Made by a program: the position numbers and the translations under genes. From NCBI GenBank assembly GCA_964016885.1, contig OZ024740.1, positions 424,576,001 through 424,640,000 on the forward strand: a stretch of 64,000 nucleotides of DNA, read 5' to 3'. Shown in pieces: positions 53,801 through 64,000 of this stretch. This DNA comes from Eledone cirrhosa. Taxonomy: Eukaryota. The notes beneath the pieces were generated by a model that made no database searches, was not told where the DNA came from, and saw nothing but the letters and a program-made list of their open reading frames with translations. How positions within the stretch are numbered: the first letter of the stretch is position 1; each line of letters begins with the position of its first letter.

Positions 53801-56000
53801 GTGGTAGTTTTGGTTGTTGTGGTAGTGGTAGTGTTGGCTGTTGTGGTAGCGGTAGTGTTGGCTGTTGTGGTGGTGGTAGTATTTGTTGTTGTGGTAGTGG
53901 TAGTGTTGGCTGTTGTGGTGGTGGTAGTGTTGGTTGTTGTGGTAGTGGTAGTGTTGGTTGTTGTGGGGGTGGTAGTGTTGGCTGTTGTGGTAGTGGTAGA
54001 GTTGGTGGTTGTGGTAGTGGTAGTGTTGGCTGTTGTAGTGGTGGTAGTGTTGGTTGTCGTGGTAGTGGTAATGTTGGTTGTTGTGGTGATGGTAGTGTTG
54101 GCGGTTGTGGTAGTAGTAGTATTGGTTGTTGTGGTGGTGGTAGTATTATTGTGATAGTCGTAGTGTTGGTTGTTGTGGTATTGTTTGTTGTTGTGTGGTG
54201 GTAGTATTGGCTGTTGTGGTAGTGGTTGTGGTTGTGGTAGTGTTGGCTGTTGTGGTAGAGTTGGTGGTTGTGGTAGTGGTAGTGTTGGTTGTTGTGGTGG
54301 TGGTAGTGTTGGTGGTTGTGGTAGTGGTTGAGGTGGTTATTGTGGTAGTGGTAGTGTTGTTTGTTGTGGTGGTGGAAGTGTTGGTTGTTGTGGTACTGGT
54401 AGTGTTGGCTGTTGTGGTAGTGGTAGTGTTGGTTGTTATGGTAGTGGTAGTGTTGGTTGTTGTGGTAGTGGTAGTGTTGGTGGTAGTGGTAGTATTGGTT
54501 GTTGTGGTAGTGGTAGTCTTGGTTTTTGTGGTGGTGGTAGTGTTGGTTGTTGTGGTAGTGGTAGTATTGGCTGTTGTGGTAGTGGTAGTGTTGGCTGTTG
54601 TGGTAGTGGTAGTGTTGGTTGTTATGGTAGTGGTAGTTTTGGCTGTTGTAGTGGTGGTAGTGTTGGTTGTCGTGGTAGTTGTAGTATTGGTTGTTGTGGT
54701 GTGGTAGTATTGGCTATTGTGATAGTGGTAGTGTTGGTTGTTGTGGTGGTGGTAGTATTGGCTGTTGTGGTAGTGGTAGTGTTGGTTATTGTGGTAGTGG
54801 TAGTATTGGTTGTTGTGGTAGTGGTAGTATTGGTTGTTGTGGTGGTGGTAGTGTTCGTTCTTGTGGTACAGGTAGTATTGATTGTTGTGGTAGTGGTATT
54901 GTTGGTTGTTGTGGTAGTGGTAGTGTTGGTTGTTGTCGTAGTCGTAGTGTTGGTTATTGTGGTAGTGGTATTGTTGGTTGTTGTGGTAGTCATAGTGTTG
55001 GTTGTTGTGGTAGTGGTAGTATTGCTTGTTGTGGTAGTGGTAGTGTTGGTGGTTGTGGTAGTGGTAGTGTTGGTGGTAGTGTTGGTTATTGTGGTAGTGG
55101 TAGTGTTGTTTGTTGTGGTGGTGGTAGTGTTGGTTGTTTTTGTGGTGGTAGTGTTGGTTGTTGTGGTGGTGGTAGAGTTGGCTGTTGTGGTGGTGGTAGT
55201 ATTGGTTGTTATGGTAGTGGTAGTGTTGGTTGTTGTGGTGGTGGTAGTGTTGGTTGTTGTGGTAGTGGTATTGTTGGTTGTTGTGGTAGTGGTAGTATTG
55301 GTTGCTGTGGTAGTGGTATTATTTGTTGTTGTGGTAGTGGTAGTGTTGGTTGTTGTGGTAGAGTTGGTGGTTGTGGTAGTGGTAGTGTTGGTTGTTGTGG
55401 TGGTGGTAGCGTTGGTGGTTGTGGTAGTGGTTGTGGTGATTATTGTGGTAGTGGTAGTATTGGTTGTTGTGGTGGTGGTAGTGTTGGTGGTTGTGGTAGT
55501 GGTAGTATTGGTTGTTGTGGTGGTGGTAGTATTCGTTGTTGTGGTAGTGTTGGTGGTTGTGGTAGTGGTATTATTGGTTGTTGTGGTAGTGGTAGTATTG
55601 GTTGTTGTGGTAGTGGTATTGTTGGTTATTGTGGTAGTGGTAGTATTGGTTGTTGTGGTAGTGGTAGTGTTGGTTGTTGTGGTGGTGGTAGTGTTGGCTG
55701 TTGTGGTAGTGGTAGTATTGGTGGTTGTGGTAGTATTGGTGGTTGTGGTAGTGGTCGTGTTGGTTGTTGTGGTAGTGGTAGTGTTGGTTGTTGTGGTAGT
55801 GGTAGTATTGGTGGTTGTGGTAGTATTGGTGGTTGTGGTAGTGGTCGTGTTGGTTGTTGTGGTAGTGGTAGTGTTGGTTGTTGTGGTAGTGGTAGTATTG
55901 GTGGTTGTGGTAGTGGTAGTATTGGTGGTTGTGGTAGTGGTAGTATTGGTTGTTGTGGTAGTGGTATTGTTGGTTATTGTGGTAGTCGTAGTGTTGGTGG
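50810..56000. repeat. 24-bp GT-rich minisatellite with an internal 2400-bp duplication
   Basis: Unit gtggtagtggtagtgttggttgtt; ~50876-53297 is repeated at +2400. Confidence 0.95.
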
Positions 56001-56918
56001 TGGTGGTGTTGGTGATCGTGGTAGTGGTTACAGTGGCGGTTTGCTGGTGGTGGTGTTGGTGATGGTGGTGACAGTGGTGGTGGTGGTGGTGGTGGTGACA
56101 GTGGTGGTTGTGGTGGTACAACATTCTAACGGTGGCGTTGGTGATAATGGTAGTAGTGATGGCGGCGGCGGTGGTGTTGGTGATAATGGTAGTAGTGATG
56201 GCGGCGGCGGCGGCTGTAGTGTTGGTTGATGGTTGTGATGATGATATGGGACATGGTGGCGGCGGTGGTGGTGTGTGTGTTATAGTGGCAGTAGTGATAG
56301 CAGCAGCGGCGTCGGGGCTGATGGTTTGATGGTTGTGATGAGATGTCTAGCAGAATGCGTTAAACATCAGCGATATGTCTTATTAGCAAATATGCATGCT
56401 GTGTGCCTCAGCAGGTATTGGAGTCTTTATAACATACGTAACATGCCTTTGTAGGAGGTCTTTTACAACACCGTAGAAAGAGAGAGGGGTGTGTGGGTGT
56501 GGGTGTGTGGGTGTGGGTGTGTGGATGTGAGTGTGTGAGACAGAGGGTGTGTGTGTGTGTGTGCGCGCGAGAGAGAGATAGTGTGTGTGTGTGTGTGTGA
56601 GAGAGAGAGGGTGTGTGTGTGCGTATGTGTGTGTGTGTGTAGTATATGTGTATCAGTGTTTGTGTGTGAATCTGAAAGAAATGAAGAGCATTGTCAGAAA
56701 CACATTTACGAGTTAACCAACAGCTATTATCACATTGCCATACATGCATCGCTAGTTCGATAAATACACCATAGAGGCTTGTACACACACACACACACAC
56801 ACAGACTCTGACACACAGACTCTGACACACACACAAACTCACACATATGCACACGTTAATATTCAAAGAAATACACACTCATGTACATACGTGTGTGTAT
56901 CAGATTTAGAGAGATAAT

Positions 56919-57091
56919 TGTTTCTACTTTAGGCACAAGGCCAGCATTACTGGTACTTTATTTTATCGACCCCGTAAGCATGAAAGGCAAAGTCAACCTC
57001 GGCGGGATTTGAACTCAGATCGTAAAGGGACGTAACTATGCTGGAAAGCATGACGTCCGACCCTCTACCGATACTGCCAATCCACCACCCT
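56919..57091 (-). mobile_element. Meta-like SINE with TSD
   Basis: TSD atttagagagataat. Confidence 0.85.
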
Positions 57092-58844
57092 ATTTAGAGA
57101 GATAATATAATAATAATATATAGCGATGGCTCAAACGAATAGAAATTCTAAAATAAAGCATAAACATAGATGAGATAATAAATAGATGTAAGTAATTACG
57201 AGGCGTAATTAGTGTATTACAAGCATAGCACGTGCCATGGGCGTCACTTGGACTAACAACACTTGCTACTAAATTCAGATAAGCTATCGTCGGAGAGGGA
57301 AAAAAAGAAATTTCTTCAGATGTATGATCTGTCTTTTATTATCACGGGTGAGAAACACTATGGTGGCTGGATCATTATATAAATTATTAGGCCCATAGGT
57401 AGTAAAAAACTCACGCATTGTTTTCAAATAAAAAATTAACGAACGCAATTGATATTTCTGAGTTAGTTTTATAGTTATCTGAAAGATGGGTGTCAGATGT
57501 TTGATCTCCCGATTTGGAAAAGCAGCGGCTCTACATGGAGCGAAGCTCTGATCTCCGAGCTACGCACTCTACCGAGTAACGTTACTTCGAAGATCCTTCA
57601 GAGGAACCCAGTTTCGACCGCTTGTATTCATCATTGACGCTAAGGAGCAAAAATCGGAAAATACCGAAAGTAGCCGAAATATCGAGAATTCAATTACGCC
57701 CTTTCCGGTTCTAAAAAAATACATTTTCCTGAAAGTGTTCAAATCGCTGAAATTAATTGTAACAATGGTGGCAGTGCCCCAGCATGGCCTCAGCCTCACG
57801 GCTGGAACACGTAATAAAATAATAAAATAATGGAACTTAAAATCAAATTACAGAGATGAGCTGCTATTATAATAATAGAAATATCTAATTTAAATAACCT
57901 GCTTTTTAGTGTAATGTTGTAGCAAAGAGCTCAATAAAAATGAATGATTTCAGGTTTAGTGGGGTATAATATCTCGAAAATAAAACATGTTAAGTATTTT
58001 AAAAGATATTTGTTCCCCAGAAGAAAATATACGGAATATATTCGTCTATTTATATAAATATTTATATAATATCTATATCATGTCTATAATACTGAGTGTT
58101 TTTTTCGTCCTCTCTAAATACTATCACTGCACTAAACCTGGTTCGTTTTCGTTGATCCCTTTGTTTAAACACTTTATACAAAACATATTTGGGAAATATT
58201 TATTACATACAAATACTTGACTGTTTCAAGGTTAAAGTCCTTGGGGCAACAAGTATATGGATATTACTTTCGAGTGTTTGAAATTCACACGACAATCTAA
58301 AACACCGCATAGTTAAACAGAAGCCGAAAGGAACTAGAAATGAATAAATAACAATAATATAAAAACACAACAATGAACTACAGTAATAATAGCAATGTTT
58401 CTACGCATTAAAATATATATAAAAATAGTCCATGTTATGACGTGAAACAAGAGCAAAGCGTTAATAAATGAAGAAAAGGAAAAATAAATAGCAGGTTAAT
58501 ATTGTTTTATTTAAAAAGTTTTGACAACTAGGTTTGTCATCGTATCAAATTGTAAGTTGAAATTATTATATTTGAGAGAATGGGGTGTATAATGTAGTGC
58601 TAATATAGGGTGTTGAATATCTAGACACCGGATCCAATGTACAGTATGTATAGTGTGTATGAATGAATGTATGGAGTTATGTATATTTGTATGTGGACGG
58701 TTTGAATACTCCTGTTATTCCTGGGTCAAGCGAAATAAGAATATTACGTGTGCCGACAATGAAAGTCGTATTGTTTTTCCTCTCACATATCGTTTACCCT
58801 TTCATCAAGGTCTTTAGAGTTAAACTACTTTCATTCATAGATAA

Positions 58845-58975
58845 TTGTTTCTACTTTTTGCACAAGGCCAGCAATTACCCAGTGCATTACTGGTACTTTA
58901 TTTTATCGACCCCGTAAGGATGAGAGGCAAAGTTAACCTCGGCAGGATTTGAACTCAGATCAGAAAGAGGCGTAA
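58845..58975 (-). mobile_element. 5'-truncated Meta-like SINE with TSD
   Basis: TSD actttcattcatagataat. Confidence 0.85.
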
Positions 58976-59019
58976 CTTTCATTCATAGATAATGAATATG
59001 AGAAAGAATGAATATGAAA

Positions 59020-60060
59020 ACTTCTATATAAAAATTTGTTTTCATTACTTTAGAGAGAAAACATTAAGTTATTGAAAGATATGAATATGGTGTAAGAAAC
59101 AAATCACACTTTTGGAGCTCTTTTGGGATGGAGGAAGCAAAAATACGAACTATTCTGAAACAAGTTGATGATAATAAGAAACAATAGTCAGAACAGAATT
59201 AATATTATTGAGAAAACTGCAATTAGAACAGAATTCTGTTATCAAAAGAAAAACTTTAAATCTTTTTCTCTTTTTGAAAGGAAACAATGAAATAGTAGGC
59301 GAAAAGGGTTTTATAGGTTGCTCTATCTGTATGAAAAGTTTAAATAGAAGATTGCATTACACAAAGCTAGAATTCAAAGGAAATCTGCAAGTTCTGTTCA
59401 AGAAGTTACAAAATATTCAAACAAACAAGAATTTTTAAAATGAAGAGGAAGGCTATGATGACAGGAAGATATTTAATGTTGAAGAAACTTCGTTATTTTA
59501 GAAGTGTATCGTGCAAAACATGCCCGAAACAGAAACAAACCTGCTTTTAGTTATAAAGACTTAGATATGAAATTTAACAAGATTTTAATGGGAGGGAAGG
59601 TTGGAAACGATTTTAAACTAGAATTATAAACCACGAAATGGTATAGTTCTCGAAGGTTACCGTGAAATGGTAGGGTTCTCGGAGGTTACCATGAAATAGT
59701 AGAGTTCTCGGAGGTTACTATGAAATGGTAGAGTTCTCGGAGTTACCATGAGATAGAGTTCTCGGAGATTACAGTCAGCAAACATCACCAGACATCTATC
59801 GCTCAAATAGAACATACCTAGCTAACGAAATTGTTTTTTGAAGATTGGTTCAATACCTAGTTGTGTCAATCAGTAAATGGATATTGTTGCTCCCTGGTCA
59901 CCCTCCTGCTGTAGGTGACTCTCAGACTATATCCCTGGTCACCCTCCTGCTGCAGGTGACCAAAGAACAACTTACATCCCACATACGGTTTTTAATGTAT
60001 TTATACACCAGTTATTACTTCAATTCATTGATATCAGTGGTTGATGTTACAGAATGATCA
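59020..60060 (+). mobile_element. Decayed pogo/Tigger transposase
   Basis: FITLERKH*VIERYEYG...EAKIRTILKQ (HTH), YEKFK*KIALHKARIQRKSAS, EGYDDRKIFNVEETSLF*K, LTKLFFEDWFN and PGHP (DDE domain). Confidence 0.82.
59630..59772. repeat. ~29-bp tandem repeat, about 5 copies, inside the transposase remnant
   Basis: accatgaaatggtagagttctcggaggtt. Confidence 0.85.
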
Positions 60061-60064
60061 CACA

Positions 60065-61195
60065 AAATACATGTGGTATTGTACCATATTGTAATACATG
60101 TGGTATTATACCATAGTCCGTGTCATACATAATACAAGTGGGATTACACCTTTGTGTCATACATGTGGTAATACACCACAGTCAGTGTCATACATGTAGT
60201 ATTACACCACAGTGCCATACATGTGGTATTACACCATATTGTCATACATAATACATGTGATATTGCACCATAGTGCCATACATGTGGTATTACACCGTAG
60301 TCAGTGTCATACATGTGGTATTACACTATAGTCAGTGTCATACATGTGGTATTACACCATTGCCATACATGTGGTATTACACCATATTCCGTGTCATACA
60401 TAATGCATGTGGTATTACACTATAGTCAGTGTCATTCATGTGGTATTACACCATGGTCAGTGTGATACAAGTGGTATTACACCATAGTCAGTGTCATACA
60501 CAATACATGTGGTATTACACCATACTCAGTGTGATACAAGTGGTATCACACCATAGTCAGTGTCATACACAATACATGTGGTATTACACCATAGTCAGTG
60601 TCATACATAATACATGTGGTATTACACCATAGTCAGTGTCATACACAATACATGTGGTATTACACCATAATCAGTGTCATACACACTACATGTGGTATTA
60701 CACCATAGTCAGTGTCATACACAATACATGTGGTATTACACCATAGTCAGTGTCATACACAATACATGTGGTGTTACACCATAATCAGTGTCATACACAA
60801 TACATGTGATATTACACCATAGTCAGTGTCATACACAATACATGTGGTATTACACCATAATCAGTGTCATACACAATACATGTGGTATTACACCATAGTC
60901 AGTGTCATACACAATACATGTGGTATTACACCATAATCAGTGTCATACACAATACATGTGGTATTACAACCCAGTCCTTGTCATACATAATACATGTGGT
61001 ATCACGGCATAGCCAGTGTCATACATGTGGTATCACACCACAGTCAGTGCTATACATAATGCATGTGGTATTACACTATGGGCTGTGTCATACATGTATT
61101 ACACTATAGTCAGTGTTATACATGTGGCATTACACCATAGTCATTATCATACATGTGGCATTACACCATAGTCAGTATCATATATAATACATGTG
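60065..61195. repeat. 38/31-bp minisatellite
   Basis: Unit tacatgtggtattacaccatagtcagtgtcatacacaa. Confidence 0.93.
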
Positions 61196-61262
61196 AGTGA
61201 ACTCACAAAGTTGCCTTAAAAACCATTGATAATTGTTGTTGTTGTTGTTGTTGTTGTTGTCA

Positions 61263-61503
61263 CAGCTGACACCTATGCAGGTTTAGCTGGCCTCCTCCAA
61301 GGTATATCTCGTTGGAGGTGTCTTGGGTGATTTAATGATAGAGACTCCAGTCCTATCATCTCATTTCTACAGCTGAGTAAACTGGAGCAACGTGAAATAA
61401 AGTGTCTTGCTCAAGGAAACAACACATCACCCGGTCTGAGAATTGAACTCACAACCTTTCGATTGCAAGCCCAATGCTCTAACCACTAAGCCATGTGCCT
61501 TCA
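61263..61503 (-). mobile_element. CORE-like SINE with (AAC)n tail
   Basis: Reverse complement of the 5337 family. Confidence 0.9.
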
Positions 61504-61564
61504 CTTTGTAGATAAAAGTGGATAAACGGGAGTTCCGACTGTACCGGGCATATATCATTATTAA

Positions 61565-63497
61565 TTTGGTGGATTTAGAGGGTCGGACGCCATGCTTTGA
61601 CGCATAGAGTTACGGCCCTTGCCATTCTGAGTTCAAATCCCGCCGAGGTTAACTTTGCCTTTCATCCTAATGGGGTCGATAAAATAAAGTACCAGTAATA
61701 CACTGGGTAATTGCTGGCCTTGTGCCGAAGGTAGAAACAATTATTAATTTGGTGGATTGGCAGTATCGGTAGAGGGTCGGACGCCATGCTTTCCAGCATA
61801 GTTACGTCCCTTTACGGTCTGAGTTCAAATCCCGCCGAGGTTCACTTTGCCTTTCATCCTTACGGGGTCGATAAAATAAAGTACCAGTAATGTACTGTGT
61901 AATTGCTGGCTCTTGTGCCAAAAAGTAGAAACAATTATTAATTTAAAATATCGTTTGTACACCTTTGTTGTTTCTTTCTGTTAACCAAATATGGTATTTC
62001 TGGCTGCTCTAAATATGTTTGTGTACCATTGTGGTTCCATGCGCCTTCATAAATATGAAACAGAAAGATGAAAACAAAATTAAGAAATAAGAAGAAAGGG
62101 AGAAGGGGTAAAGAAGGGGAGATCTGGCGGCATGAGAAAGTAGAGGAAAGTAGATGAAAGTAGAGGAAAGTAGAGGAAAGTAGAGGAAAGTAGAGAACAG
62201 GAGAGGAAAGGAGAGGAAAGTTAGAGGAAAGTAGAGAACAGAAGAGAAAAGGAGAGGACAGTAGAGGAAAGTAGAGGAAAGTAGAGGAAAGTAGAGAAAA
62301 GGAGAAAAAAGGAGAGGCAAGGACTTGTTCTCAGAAGAATCATAGTGGTTTCTTATATAGGCACAAGGCCAGCAATTTTGGGGGAGGGGTAAGTCGATTA
62401 AATCGACCTCAGTGCGTGACTGGTACTTTATTTTATCGACCCGGTAAGGATGAAAGGCAAAGTTAACTTCGGCGGGATTTGAACTCAGATCATAAAGGGC
62501 CGTAACTCTATGCTGCAAAGCATGGCGTCCGACCCTCTACCGATACAGCCAATCCATCGCCCTCTCTCAGAAGAATCATAGTGGTAGTGATCAGCATAGC
62601 TGCAATATAACGCTTTCTTAATTTCTAGAAAGTTTTCAAGAACATCCACAGAAATAAGATGAGAATTGAGAATTATTTGTGCTTATGGAATACAAGAGCA
62701 GTTTGTGACCCCTAAATGGGGACTTTTTTTCAATAGGTGAATAATGTGGCCTCTTATCTCTTCACAGTTATAATTCGTTTATATATACTTTAGATATGTT
62801 GTAGATTTATTTGTGTGTTTAAAAAATAAGCTACAGTGTGGTGAAATTCCAGCCAAACTACTGTAAATTCTTTGGATTGGCAGAATCGGTAGAGCGTCGA
62901 AAAAGATGCTTTGTTACATATAGTTACAGGCTTTTACGTTCTGAGTTAAAATTCCGCCGAGGTTAGCTTTAGCTTTCTTGCTTACAGGGTCGATAACATA
63001 AAGTACCAGTAACACACTGGGTCGATTTAATCGACTTTCCCTTCCCCCCAAAATTGTTGGCCTTGTGCCTAAATCTGAAATCATTATTATTGCTGCTATT
63101 TATGCTAGGAAAATTCTTGGAGTGTTTGTTTCGATATAAATCTTTTCTCTTTGTCTTTATTTAAAATAATGTTTGTCTTTTTGTAAACTGATTTCAGTAT
63201 TTTTATCGAGTATTGCAGTGGTTTGTCTTGATTCAGCGTCTGTCACGCTACTTTCTCATTCGTTCATACCTTCCGCTGGACCTCGTCGCATCAACAGGTC
63301 AGATTTTTGTAATAATTGTTTCTACTTTTGGCACAAGGCCAGCAATAACCCAGTGTATTACTGGTACTTTATTTTATCGACCCGTAAGGATGAAAGGCAA
63401 AGTTAACCTCGGTGGGATTTGAACTCAGAATGGCAAGGGCCGTAACTCTATGCGCCAAAGCATGGCGTCCGACCCTCTACCGATACTGCCAATTCAC
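61565..63497. mobile_element. Cluster of five Meta-like SINEs (61565-61745 +, 61748-61940 +, 62350-62563 -, 62870-63085 +, 63310-63497 -)
   Basis: Shared core; 21-bp TSD tctcagaagaatcatagtggt around the 62350 copy. Confidence 0.85.
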
Positions 63498-63844
63498 AAT
63501 AATAGTAATATAGAACCACAAAATTGAAAAACAAACGAAAGACCTACACTTACTTGGGGAACTAGAAAAAAACAAAAGACCAACACTTACTTGGGGGACT
63601 AGAAACAAAAAAAAAAGAAAGAAATAACGGATTCAACATGAAAAAATAAACGATCTAAATAGCAAAAATAAAACAAATAAAAAAGAGATCTTGGAAGCAA
63701 AACAACTCAGACGGATCATAGCAGAAAAAAGTCATGGTATCTTATGTATATATATATGTAAAAGGTAAACAGAAATATCAACACAATCGGTACTGTATAT
63801 GGAAGGGATATATTAGGTTAACGCTTGATATAGTAGGAAGAGGG

Positions 63845-63879
63845 TCTTAACGTTTCGGACGCTAGTCCTTCATCAGAAA
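63845..63879 (-). ncRNA. Minimal hammerhead-like motif in a probable Penelope-like terminus
   Basis: Minus: ttt CTGATGA a-ggac-tagc-gtcc GAAACGTTA aga. A degenerate relative lies at 33357-33392 (+). Confidence 0.6.
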
Positions 63880-64000
63880 AAAGAATTATGAATAAGATAG
63901 ATTGAGGGGGCGGGCGGGATGGAATTTGAAAAAATGTCTTTAGATAAAAATAACAGGTCCATTCATGTTGACATCTCTTGCAAAACTGTTGGTGCTGGCG

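Noticed and set aside
50783-56229. Keratin-associated-like GCCGSG or poly-Val/Thr ORFs
   Set aside because: Satellite translation with internal frameshifts and no gene structure
57600-57640. Minus-strand ATGATGA...GAAAC hammerhead-like text (similar at 4545-4597, 6320-6347, 25560-25596, 25716-25750)
   Set aside because: Core substitutions and missing stems

Overview
Eukaryotic, repeat-saturated, AT-rich genomic DNA with no intact protein-coding gene. The SINE families and dense (TA)n/(CA)n tracts suggest a cephalopod, probably Octopus (inference). Almost all long ORFs in the track are translations of micro- or minisatellites. Decayed transposon coding remnants are present: CR1/L2-like LINE, CRE-type RLE, RTE LINE, pogo/Tigger transposase and Penelope-like GIY-YIG fragments. 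There are also many tRNA-derived SINEs, MITEs and large minisatellites. The most striking signal is a dense set of type I hammerhead ribozyme (HHR) motifs in non-coding elements inserted into (TA)n. At 26.6-32.5 kb, a ~470-520 bp HHR monomer array contains a nested array of six 312-bp monomers, each with a different HHR, and ends in a head-to-head inversion. This looks like nested retrozyme or Penelope-derived circRNA templates. Elsewhere there is an HHR with a 114-nt stem II and a family of foldback half-hammerheads. A speculative degenerate FGF/beta-trefoil-like exon set lies at 10.2-16.4 kb. All structures were folded and aligned by eye; none is computationally verified.
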